Below, piece by piece: positions 16,834 through 25,314 of a DNA stretch of 53,168 nt. Numbering within the stretch: the stretch's first letter is position 1; each line of letters opens with the position of its first letter. Source of the stretch: Pseudobdellovibrionaceae bacterium. Lineage in GTDB: Bacteria; Bdellovibrionota; Bdellovibrionia; Bdellovibrionales; Bdellovibrionaceae. The notes under the pieces were generated by a model. The model was given only the letters and a program-made list of their open reading frames with translations. It did not search any database and was not told the origin of the DNA. The stretch spans positions 1 through 53,168 of the forward strand of contig JBMOJS010000001.1 of assembly GCA_049315665.1 (NCBI GenBank), given 5' to 3'. Both the position numbers and the translations under genes were made by a program.

Positions 16834-18197
16834 AGCCTTACCCCTTTCAGTCTTTTGGTGGCGATCTGGTGGTAGTTTTCGTCGCGCTCAATGCCGATGA
16901 AATTGTATTTTTCAAAAAGAGCAGCGACACCCGTAGTCCCCGAACCCATGAATGGGTCAAGCACTGTTCCATTGGGTGGAGTCAACATTTTGCAGAGATA
17001 CCGCATCAACCGAAGTGGTTTTACGGTTGGATGATTGTTGAGCGGATCGCGTTCGTCTTTTCCAGGTTTTTTGCAGTAAAGAAAAGGCGCTTCAGGCTTG
17101 AAATTTTTAAAGTACTGCGCAACCTCAACTTCGCGCTCGCTTTGATCGTTCATAACTCTGGCAGGGCAATCGAGATCATTTGATCGGGTTAGGATAACAT
17201 TTGCCGGGAATCGCCCGCTCGGATGTTGGTGATAGACTGAACTTTGACTGCGAGTACCAGCATCCCATAAAAATCCACCCTCACGAAAATCTAGATTTGT
17301 AGCAGAAGGAATTTTTCCGTGAATGGGAATGCGTGATTGGTCGATGTTGATGCCACCAACTCCATGTTTTAAAACATTGGCTGCGATATTATGTTCAGAA
17401 ATTGGCTTTTGGATGAGAATCCAGTGCTCACTTGCAGGTTTCAAAGCGGTGCCCCAACCAGTCCAAGGTTTTGATAAATCCGATATGGGTTCAGTCATTG
17501 CATTGTGCACACTTTTAAAAGCTAAGCCACCAATTCCACCAGCATCTTTTTTATATTGCCCTACGACTGTTCGCTTTGACCAATTTTCTCCGAGTTCATT
17601 GGCGGGTTTGATCATGGCAAACACCCACTCAGGTGCTGGCCCTAAAACAGCTTCCAATTTTTCCCACCGTTCTTTTGTTGGAACGTTTGGTTGGCCATGG
17701 GGAGGCATTGCCGTCCAGTGACAAGCACCGCCTTTAACTCCGGCAATTTCATCGAGCTTTTTGTTAGTTAGACCCAATTCGTCGCGCCGTGATTTAATCC
17801 AGCCAGTGACTTTAAAAAGCTCATCCGTGCTTGTGTATTTTGCTCTGTCGATGGCTTTATCAACCGCGACATTTTTAGGAAAGCCACTGCCAAAAATATG
17901 AGTGATAACATCTTTCACTTGAAAACCAGCATCTTCAAGGGCAGCCCCGGTCCAATGTGAAGTGCGTGGAATGGCCCAGACAAACCCATGCGCGCCGGGT
18001 TTTAAAATGCGATGGCACTCGGTCATGATTTGCGTAAGCCACGCGATCCATTCTTTTCTTCCGCCTTTATTTTTATCCCATTCAAGTCCGAGTAAGCCAA
18101 TGCCTGCTGGGGGATCAGTTACCAAAGAATCAATAGAATTTGCGGGGATCTTTTTTAAAATTTCGAGGGAGTCACCTAGGTAGGTTTGAAAATTCAC
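16830..18197 (-). CDS. site-specific DNA methyltransferase (N6-adenine/N4-cytosine, beta class), orphan
   Basis: N-terminal motif IV-like LVTDPPAG and C-terminal motif I VLDPFMGSGTTGVAA, with a long intervening region. No adjacent restriction endonuclease recognised. Confidence 0.8.
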   Translation of the reverse strand: MNFQTYLGDSLEILKKIPANSIDSLVTDPPAGIGLLGLEWDKNKGGRKEWIAWLTQIMTECHRILKPGAHGFVWAIPRTSHWTGAALEDAGFQVKDVITHIFGSGFPKNVAVDKAIDRAKYTSTDELFKVTGWIKSRRDELGLTNKKLDEIAGVKGGACHWTAMPPHGQPNVPTKERWEKLEAVLGPAPEWVFAMIKPANELGENWSKRTVVGQYKKDAGGIGGLAFKSVHNAMTEPISDLSKPWTGWGTALKPASEHWILIQKPISEHNIAANVLKHGVGGINIDQSRIPIHGKIPSATNLDFREGGFLWDAGTRSQSSVYHQHPSGRFPANVILTRSNDLDCPARVMNDQSEREVEVAQYFKNFKPEAPFLYCKKPGKDERDPLNNHPTVKPLRLMRYLCKMLTPPNGTVLDPFMGSGTTGVAALFEKYNFIGIERDENYHQIATKRLKGVRL

Positions 18198-18260
18198 GAG
18201 TAGTCCTTTGTAAGAGAAAACTTCGTGGCTCTTGAAATAAAGTCGAGTATTAAATTTCCG

Positions 18261-18659
18261 TCAGTCCTTAGACCACTCTCCCGGATTTTCCAGAATGAAT
18301 ATGCGGTGAGATTTAATAAACTTATTGCCTTCAATTGTATCGGGCACGATGTAGGACCGAATCTTCGGTCTTGTTAAAAAGGGCGCCAGCTCTTCTGGGC
18401 TTTCCTTTTTTGCGCTGGCGTTTGCTACCTCCTTCTTTTGCTTGTCATTAAAAGCCAAGTAGCCAATGATTGAGCCAAGTCCTGCGCCGACAAGAGTGCC
18501 AATAGCTGTTCCACCAGAGTTTTGTGATTGAGATTGGCCCAATCCTGCTCCGGCGGAACCACCGGCAACTGCTCCCATCAAAATTGATTTCGGCGCCGTC
18601 GAACAGGCATTCAACATCAGCGGCAGCGTAAGAACTGCAGCCAGTTCATTGATTTCCAT
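18261..18659 (-). CDS. glycine-zipper lipoprotein
   Basis: ATG at 18659. Lipobox LMLNAC. Gly-zipper GAVAGGSAGAGLG...GTLVGAGLGSIIGY. Confidence 0.6.
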   Translation of the reverse strand: MEINELAAVLTLPLMLNACSTAPKSILMGAVAGGSAGAGLGQSQSQNSGGTAIGTLVGAGLGSIIGYLAFNDKQKKEVANASAKKESPEELAPFLTRPKIRSYIVPDTIEGNKFIKSHRIFILENPGEWSKD

Positions 18660-18738
18660 GCAGACACATCCTTTCTTTAAGTGTTTATGACCTTGATTCT
18701 TTGGTTTTTTCAAAATTTAGTTTGAAGTTGTAAGAGGT

Positions 18739-18773
18739 GGGGTTTCGGGGGGGGGATTTGAGGTTTTGAGGGG
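18739..18773 (+). repeat. G-tract cluster including a G9 homopolymer
   Basis: gggg(18739-42)...ggggggggg(18747-55)...gggg(18770-73), in the intergenic space between two minus-strand genes. Confidence 0.85.
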
Positions 18774-18810
18774 CTATTGGGATAAGCAGACTATAGGTTG
18801 CTTAAGTATG

Positions 18811-19692
18811 TCAGGCTTTTAGGACATTTGGTTTGGTGGGATAGGTTGTTGAATGGATTGGTCTTCTGCGTGAATCAAGAAGTGCCAGGGTGCCACAGCT
18901 GAGATGTGATTGAGACGACATTGTGGCGGTCTTGTGACTCAAAAAATCAGAAAGGCATCGACCTTGAAATTGGCCCTCGGTAAATGGAGCCAGCCAACCA
19001 TTTTTTATAAAATCACAGTGAAGAATGAATTGGTGTTTGGACCACTCACGTATCTGAAGCTTTTCAAAATTACGTTTGAGCGTATTCAGCGTGTTCTTTG
19101 AGTCGACCAACCAAAAGACGTAATCAATTGCTGGTTGGTTATCATAGAAAGTGACAACGCTTTCATAACGCTTTTTAGCCTTTGGTGAGATCTCGGCTTC
19201 GAAAGCAATAACGACTCTCTTTTCTTTTGATTGATATGCCGAATAGCCATCGGGTCTATGTAGTGCTGAACGAGGTATCCAAGTGGGCCATAGATCTGAA
19301 GGATAACATCGTAGTTGTTGTTCACTGTAGGTCTGAGTGTTATTTGGCTGCTGAGTTAACCAATCACCGAGATGAAATGCTGTCGCCAAGAAATCGTGTG
19401 GATAGTTTGCGGACTTAAATCCTTGTGAGTCAAGATCGCCGAGGTGAGGAAGAATATATTTGAATCCCTTTTCTTTTAAAATCCATGCTTCATGAAATCT
19501 GCCGCTGACAACATATGACCCAAGATAACCATCAGATTCTAAAAATAAAAGACGTCGGTAAGCCGAAAACGCATGCACACCTGGAAAAAATTTTTGCGCC
19601 AAAGCTTGCGTCGAGACAGCCTTCCACTTCCAAACAAACCTCAAAATTTTATAATCACGATCGGTGATTTCACAATGCTTTTTATTTTTCAT
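18811..19692 (-). CDS. replication-relaxation family-like protein (candidate relaxase/DNA-processing protein)
   Basis: N-terminus ITDRDYKILRFVWKWKAVSTQALAQKFFP...YRRLLFLESDGYL (winged-helix pattern of this family), later YPHDFLATAFHL and PDGYS...VIAFEAEIS. Lies directly downstream of the FtsK-like gene. Confidence 0.5.
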   Translation of the reverse strand: MKNKKHCEITDRDYKILRFVWKWKAVSTQALAQKFFPGVHAFSAYRRLLFLESDGYLGSYVVSGRFHEAWILKEKGFKYILPHLGDLDSQGFKSANYPHDFLATAFHLGDWLTQQPNNTQTYSEQQLRCYPSDLWPTWIPRSALHRPDGYSAYQSKEKRVVIAFEAEISPKAKKRYESVVTFYDNQPAIDYVFWLVDSKNTLNTLKRNFEKLQIREWSKHQFILHCDFIKNGWLAPFTEGQFQGRCLSDFLSHKTATMSSQSHLSCGTLALLDSRRRPIHSTTYPTKPNVLKA

Positions 19693-19716
19693 TGAGTTCC
19701 TCTAGCGGCTGTCGAA

Positions 19717-21180
19717 CTAATCAGTCTGGCCTGGATCAAGTGTTTGCTCAGCGTTTTCAGAACTTGAATTTGATTTGGAATTTTCTAAACTTCTTTTTGG
19801 TTTTTCCTTTTGCAAAGCATCTGCTGGTCCAAGAAGAGTTTCAGTCACTTCAACAGATAAAAACGGAGTTTGAACTTCAATCATTTCGATGCCATTCTTC
19901 CAAATAGCACGACCAGGAATTTTTGGAAGATCTGTAGCGCGTCCGTTGCCAAGAACTGCAATACTTGAAGCGTCGTTCATCATCTGAAAACAAATAACTC
20001 CTGTAAGATTTGCTTTGACCTGGGGATCAAGTGATCGACTGTCTGGACGCTGGGTCGCTACAACAATGTGAACACCAACGGCACGACCTTGTCTTGCAAT
20101 CCGGCTTAATATGGCTCGAGCTGCTTGAACCTCGGTGGATTTTGCATGGTGACCAGCCAAAAACATCTCTGCAGCTTCATCCACGACAACGATTTGCCGT
20201 GACAGGTTCATAGATTTTTCTGCTTTCTTTTCCTTTTTGAAATAACTGTCGATGTCTTTGCAGTGATTTTCTTTTAAGAAGGTCATGCGGTCATCAAGTA
20301 ATGTGTTGATATGCTGAAGTTGTTCAACTGCTGCCAATACATGGGGAACTACTACAAAGGACTTTCTATTTTCAAACATAGAAAACTCTAGGCCGCCTTT
20401 AAGATCAATCAGCAAAAACTTGCAGCCTTTTTCGTGAATATACAGATGCACAATCAGTTGGCGAAGAAATGTTGATTTACCACCACCAGTTTGCCCGGCT
20501 ACAAGTAAGTGCGGGGTATCTCGAAGTGTTGTGGTGATAGAATGGGCTCTTGTTTGACCGACCAAGAACTCATATGAACGCGAAGTTGAGCTTTGCGTGT
20601 ACAAGACTGTTTCCGCCATTGGAAAATGGGAGTAGATGATATCGACGGCGCGGCGTTCACGATTTTCTTTAATTTCATCGATGAAGACGCCAAGTTCAGA
20701 TTCAATGTATTTTGATTGATCGCGAAAGCTTGAGACCGGAAATCCAGCATTTGTTAAGCGCATTTTTCGAGTCAGCGGATCAAGAGGATAGTCAGAGATT
20801 AGATTTGGAAGACGACCAATTTTTGATTCAAGTCCGGCATTTTTAAATGCGTTGGTCAGAATCTTGAGTTTGTCATTCTTCTTTTTGACCTCGCCCCAGG
20901 CCCATAGCCAAAATGCCAACGTCGAAAAAGAAAACGCATAAATCTTGTAAAGAATCGGATGATAAGGGTACAGGCCACTGAACCGTGTATGACTCAGAAT
21001 AAATAGATCAATTTTAAGATAGAGCACTACTACCGAGCCCAACATCCATCCCGTGCAAACGGGCCATGGAATGGTGTTGGTCTTGATTCCGCGAATCAGT
21101 TCTTTAATGGGCTCAAGAAGTACAGACAAATTTTTGAGCGTCGTTTGAATACGCGCATGAAGGTCGTTTTGTTTTTGCAT
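19717..21180 (-). CDS. FtsK/SpoIIIE family DNA translocase (conjugative coupling-type ATPase)
   Basis: N-terminal TM helices. Walker A VAGQTGGGKST, Walker B VVVDEAAEM, and VHIVVATQRPD. Confidence 0.85.
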   Translation of the reverse strand: MQKQNDLHARIQTTLKNLSVLLEPIKELIRGIKTNTIPWPVCTGWMLGSVVVLYLKIDLFILSHTRFSGLYPYHPILYKIYAFSFSTLAFWLWAWGEVKKKNDKLKILTNAFKNAGLESKIGRLPNLISDYPLDPLTRKMRLTNAGFPVSSFRDQSKYIESELGVFIDEIKENRERRAVDIIYSHFPMAETVLYTQSSTSRSYEFLVGQTRAHSITTTLRDTPHLLVAGQTGGGKSTFLRQLIVHLYIHEKGCKFLLIDLKGGLEFSMFENRKSFVVVPHVLAAVEQLQHINTLLDDRMTFLKENHCKDIDSYFKKEKKAEKSMNLSRQIVVVDEAAEMFLAGHHAKSTEVQAARAILSRIARQGRAVGVHIVVATQRPDSRSLDPQVKANLTGVICFQMMNDASSIAVLGNGRATDLPKIPGRAIWKNGIEMIEVQTPFLSVEVTETLLGPADALQKEKPKRSLENSKSNSSSENAEQTLDPGQTD

Positions 21181-21361
21181 TTGGGAGGCTGTTGGAAGAT
21201 TCGAATAATTCAGCTATGACGCGCCGAGTACCAATAGATTTGCACATCCGTGCCTGCGGTTAAGGACCGCTGGCTACCATTTTTGAAGCAATACTCAGTA
21301 ATATTTAATAATTGAATTCTTAAGCATGTTAGGGTCTACTCAAAGGCCATCAGGGGATCCT

Positions 21362-21805
21362 ATGAAACTAATCATTTTGTGTTGTATTGCTACACTAAGC
21401 TTTGCTGGCGATGTCTTTGCCTCATGCCCTGATATTTCAGGCTCTTATCAGTCTGGTGATCAAATTTTTGTCGGTTATGAGCAAACGGACTGTCAATTTT
21501 TGAAAAGATATTACGGAAATATTGTTGCCGACGGTTCGGTAAGTTACAGCTTCGACAAGCAATTTAAAAACGGGAATGCAGTTTGTTCTAAATCTGGTGC
21601 TTGTGAAACAGTCAAGTTTACTCAAGACGCCGTTGTTTTCGAGCTCAATTTTAATGGTGGGGTCTTAACTGATGATCACGGCCACTGTAGCCACCGGAAG
21701 TATTCGTTATCCAAAGATACCGGCGGTAATCTCGCTGCCGTCTTTTCTGTTTTCGCTTGCAAAGATGGCTTCAAAGGTGAAGCAAGAAAAGTATTTCTTA
21801 AATAG
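21362..21805 (+). CDS. secreted hypothetical protein
   Basis: ATG at 21362. Signal MKLIILCCIATLSFAGDVFA. Several Cys residues. No family recognised. Confidence 0.5.
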   Translation: MKLIILCCIATLSFAGDVFASCPDISGSYQSGDQIFVGYEQTDCQFLKRYYGNIVADGSVSYSFDKQFKNGNAVCSKSGACETVKFTQDAVVFELNFNGGVLTDDHGHCSHRKYSLSKDTGGNLAAVFSVFACKDGFKGEARKVFLK

Positions 21806-21857
21806 ATAACCAAAAGCGCAGGTTATAATTCCATTGCTTTGGCCTTGCCAACTCTGC

Positions 21858-22775
21858 TTACTGTCCTAATTCAAAAATCACAAAAATTTCCTGTCCCGCT
21901 GAAATTTGAATAATCGGGGCGGAGTTTTTAAGATCCGTCATCGTTTCATTGGCCATTTCAAGAGTGGCTTTGCTGGCTCCATTGAGAAGAGCATTCTGGG
22001 CTGTAGGCTTTGTCACAACTTGCTGGCCGACGACTTCGCGATCTTGAAGGCCTTCAGCCATACCACCGACAAAATTAAGACCAATGGCAGTCGCATATTT
22101 CATGGCGTATTTTCCTACCCGTGACCCGCGTAGACCAACGATTTTATCTTCGACATCGGCAGCTTGAGCCTGAATGTTTTCAAAATTTCCGTCTTTAAAT
22201 ATAACTTGTGTGAATCGCACCATAAGCCGCTCTTCAGTGGATTGGCCAGAACCAAGCAAAGTTGCACCAGCGGGGATCAATGTTTCCCCCTGAATACGAA
22301 GCGCTTCAGTGGTTGTAGCTTTGACCGGGCCATTTGAGGCGCCAGTTGTTAATACGGCTTTTACAAGGCTTCCAGGAGGAATTAGTCCGGCTTTATGACG
22401 ATCAATTTTTTGAAGGCCAGGAAGTCTAATCACCAAATATTGTCGACCTTTGTTGTTTTGTTCCTTGATACGCTTATTTTCTTGGGATGCAGAATACATT
22501 TCAAAAGTGTCCAAGTCTGAATTTGAACTGACTTGTGAAGCTTCGGGTGTTTTTACACCTGGGCCTTCCCGAAGGTTTTTATCAGGACTTTTCATTAGAA
22601 AAACTACAACCAGTGAAACGCCGGTGGCAATTGAACAAACTTTTATTGTCCTGCTAGAAAGAACTTTGTTATCCTTGCCAAATCCAAACCGTGATTCAAT
22701 TTTTGGCTCAGTGGTGAGTTCGACCAGTTGTTTTTTATTTTCCATTTTTTTTCGCCAAGACCTTGTCTGCGTCAC
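21858..22775 (-). CDS. virB10: T4SS VirB10/TrbI-like protein
   Basis: N-terminal TM, then LIPPGSLVKAVLTTGASNGPVKA...LIPAGATLLGSGQ...RLMVRFTQVIFKDG...D..GLRG, the TrbI-family pattern. The start codon is uncertain (GTG at 22775 or ATG at 22745). Confidence 0.7.
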   Translation of the reverse strand: MTQTRSWRKKMENKKQLVELTTEPKIESRFGFGKDNKVLSSRTIKVCSIATGVSLVVVFLMKSPDKNLREGPGVKTPEASQVSSNSDLDTFEMYSASQENKRIKEQNNKGRQYLVIRLPGLQKIDRHKAGLIPPGSLVKAVLTTGASNGPVKATTTEALRIQGETLIPAGATLLGSGQSTEERLMVRFTQVIFKDGNFENIQAQAADVEDKIVGLRGSRVGKYAMKYATAIGLNFVGGMAEGLQDREVVGQQVVTKPTAQNALLNGASKATLEMANETMTDLKNSAPIIQISAGQEIFVIFELGQ

Positions 22776-23106
22776 AGTCTTTAATGAAATACAGTGTCAC
22801 ACCTGATGATGAGGTCGCGAGGTCAAGTACGAACCTTCGTCCCTGAAGATAAACGAACAAATTTGATTTTGAACCCATCACAGTCGGTGAAATCGCCAAA
22901 TCACTTCTAATATATTCAATCGAGAATGAATTTTTAGTTCCCAGGACAACCTTCTCGGGCTCAGAGGGAAAATCTAAAACGGTGCCTTTCGGTGATATGT
23001 AAATGGTGGCCACACTCTTTTCACAAAGTTTAATAGTTTTGACGTTCTCTGCAAATACTTTTGATGACAAGCAAAGGGCCAGAATCACTTGAATCAAGGC
23101 AATCAT
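22735..23106 (-). CDS. T4SS VirB9/TrbG N-terminal-domain-like protein
   Basis: Signal peptide. Pattern ATIYISPKGTVLDF..VVLGTKNSFSIEY...ISP...SNLFVYLQGRRFVLDL resembles the VirB9 N-domain. Only 123 aa, so there is no C-terminal domain. Position fits trbG. Confidence 0.45.
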   Translation of the reverse strand: MIALIQVILALCLSSKVFAENVKTIKLCEKSVATIYISPKGTVLDFPSEPEKVVLGTKNSFSIEYIRSDLAISPTVMGSKSNLFVYLQGRRFVLDLATSSSGVTLYFIKDCDADKVLAKKNGK

Positions 23107-23639
23107 TTGTCCTCCTTGTCTTCAATTTGATTGATCGAACTAATAATGAGGCCGTATGGATTTGATTCCGTCCGGTTTGATTTCTGCACGACTACTTTTA
23201 GATTGAGCGAAAGTGCTGATCTAATTTTTCCGACAGAAAGTAGCCGATCTGTAGTTACCAAAATTTCTTTTCCATCAGATTTTACATCCTGAACTAGAAT
23301 TCGTTGTTGAATCTGGCGCTGCTTTAGGGTCATTTGTTCTTTCTCGCGTGAAACCGTTTCTTCAATAGAAAGAAACCCTTCTTTTAAGTAACCGTTGGAG
23401 TCAAATCGCATGGAAAGCGCTTCGACCAAAAAGGCTTCGATTTCATTTTTTGTCGGATCAATGGGCTTTGCTTGAAGCGGACGAGAGAAGCATCCCCGCT
23501 CAATGACGGGCAAATCGCGAGCCGCAAGTCCACCAATCACAAACAATTGTACGATCGATACAAGCGCCAAGACAAGGGTCGCAATTTTAAGTGTCACATT
23601 CTGAGCTGCAGTTTTAGCCCAAGCAGTTGTGAATTTCAT
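23103..23639 (-). CDS. T4SS VirB8/TrbF-like protein
   Basis: Single N-terminal TM, a ~130-aa periplasmic domain, and a C-terminal NPYGLII motif resembling the VirB8 NPxG. Position fits trbF. Confidence 0.55.
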   Translation of the reverse strand: MKFTTAWAKTAAQNVTLKIATLVLALVSIVQLFVIGGLAARDLPVIERGCFSRPLQAKPIDPTKNEIEAFLVEALSMRFDSNGYLKEGFLSIEETVSREKEQMTLKQRQIQQRILVQDVKSDGKEILVTTDRLLSVGKIRSALSLNLKVVVQKSNRTESNPYGLIISSINQIEDKEDK

Positions 23640-23671
23640 TTTCCCTCCAAGATTTATTTATTACGCCCAAT

Positions 23672-24616
23672 TTAAGAATCGCTCTGGACAGGCTTTTCTT
23701 GTGGGGCTTGCAATCGTTTTGAAAACTGATTTTTTACAATTCCTGGAGCGGTCTTCGCGCCTTTATAGGTTTTTTTCGTTCCTTGCCAAGCTTTGCTCGC
23801 TCCCCATCCATAGGCTTTTTTTGTTCCTTTGGATGCGAGTCCTGCTAAGGCCCCAGGACTTGCCAGTCCGGCTGACAATCCAATGGCAGAAAGGCCAGCC
23901 GTTTGACTTGCAACGTTTGAAAGAGCTCCAGATATTAGATTTCGAACAACAATGGGTGTGAGAAGAATTGAAAATGCCAGCATTAATGTCAAAGCCAAAA
24001 GCGTAATGAAGTTTTGCCCCTTGGCTTCAAAATTATGTAAAGCCGTGCTCCATAGTAGTGTGCCTAGAACGGACCACACAATTTTCCAGGCAGCAATTTC
24101 AAAAAGTGTTCGGAATAATCCCCCGGTCATTGCTGCTGTTTGAGGCAAAATATAAAATGCGATCATGATGGGTGAAAAAATATAAAGAAGAACCAGGCAG
24201 TAAACAATAGCCGCATCAAAAAAGAAAACCGTGAAATACAGAATAAAATAAGCCAGGATCGCTACCACCGAAAGCAGGGTGTCGCCAAGTGAGGTCCACG
24301 ACCATGAGTGTTCCTTGAATGTCGCGCCTGCGGTTTTAAGGACTGCCTTATAGTTGTTGATGCTACCAAGGTGATCAGAGACTGCATCCGCGACTGCGGC
24401 AATCCAATTTGATATCTGAGGATATGCAATCAGAAGTATTGCCGCAATGAGTGCTCTACCAACTAACTGTTGAAAGGCCGGAACGCCACCAATGGGCATT
24501 TTAAAATATTCGATCAATACACCAATCACTAGCAGAAGAACAGCTAGCGCATAGAATATCGACACGAAAAATGTATGAATCTCTTTTGCCTGTGATGAAA
24601 TCCAAGAAATATCCAT
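23672..24616 (-). CDS. T4SS VirB6/TrbL-like polytopic membrane protein
   Basis: 314 aa with at least 6 hydrophobic helices and a G/A/K-rich C-terminal tail. Position fits trbL. Confidence 0.6.
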   Translation of the reverse strand: MDISWISSQAKEIHTFFVSIFYALAVLLLVIGVLIEYFKMPIGGVPAFQQLVGRALIAAILLIAYPQISNWIAAVADAVSDHLGSINNYKAVLKTAGATFKEHSWSWTSLGDTLLSVVAILAYFILYFTVFFFDAAIVYCLVLLYIFSPIMIAFYILPQTAAMTGGLFRTLFEIAAWKIVWSVLGTLLWSTALHNFEAKGQNFITLLALTLMLAFSILLTPIVVRNLISGALSNVASQTAGLSAIGLSAGLASPGALAGLASKGTKKAYGWGASKAWQGTKKTYKGAKTAPGIVKNQFSKRLQAPQEKPVQSDS

Positions 24617-24627
24617 AGCGTTAAGTC

Positions 24628-25314
24628 CTATTCAAATCGTGGGAGCTTAAATTGCGGTTCTGCTCCGGCAAGAGCCGCGTTAATATTGTCAGCACCAGCC
24701 ACCATTTGACGGGTTTGATCTTTATCCTTTCGATTTTGCAGCGCCAGGGTTTGTGCTTGAAGCTTGAGACCAGTCGCTTGGGTCCTAAGCATTTCGTTTT
24801 GAAGATTCAGCATAACCCCAATTGACTGGGCTGTGAGTTTCGCAGCCCCTCCGGGGGATACGGAATGACTCTGTGATTTGATCAGTTCACCAATTTCGTC
24901 AATCATCGTCGTGTATTTATAGATGGAGTTATTGAGCGCAACGGCTTCAGCGATACTCTGATCCGTATCTTTTTGAACCCTGGCATCATGTGAATCGACC
25001 ACAATGCCGTAAATGCTTTCAATCTTTAATAGGGCATCAGACGCTTTTTCCCAGTCCTTATAAAGTCCGGGATCAGTATTTGGACCAATTGTTCGAACAA
25101 GGTTCAGCGAGTCGTTGATACCGCGATTGATGTCGCGGACTAGGTTTAAGTTGTCGCGCCCGGTATTTAAAATACTTTGCAGTTGGGCTAGTTGCTCAAG
25201 GGCATTTATCAATATTTTAGCTAGAATAATATTTTCTTCCCCAAACATGCTGGCCCGAGATTGAGGAACACAAAACATTATCACTGTAGTTGCAATTGCT
25301 ATTGTCTTTTTCAT
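24628..25314 (-). CDS. T4SS TrbJ/VirB5-like secreted helical protein
   Basis: Signal peptide, ~200-aa helical/coiled region. Position between VirB4 and VirB6 analogues. No diagnostic motif. Confidence 0.4.
   Translation of the reverse strand: MKKTIAIATTVIMFCVPQSRASMFGEENIILAKILINALEQLAQLQSILNTGRDNLNLVRDINRGINDSLNLVRTIGPNTDPGLYKDWEKASDALLKIESIYGIVVDSHDARVQKDTDQSIAEAVALNNSIYKYTTMIDEIGELIKSQSHSVSPGGAAKLTAQSIGVMLNLQNEMLRTQATGLKLQAQTLALQNRKDKDQTRQMVAGADNINAALAGAEPQFKLPRFE

Noticed and set aside
21241-21255. Second sigma54-like element upstream of the FtsK-like gene (minus strand aGGCACggatgTGCaaa)
   Set aside because: The GG-to-GC spacing is one nucleotide short of the invariant -24/-12 geometry, and the -12 region lacks TTGC. 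It is probably a chance match.
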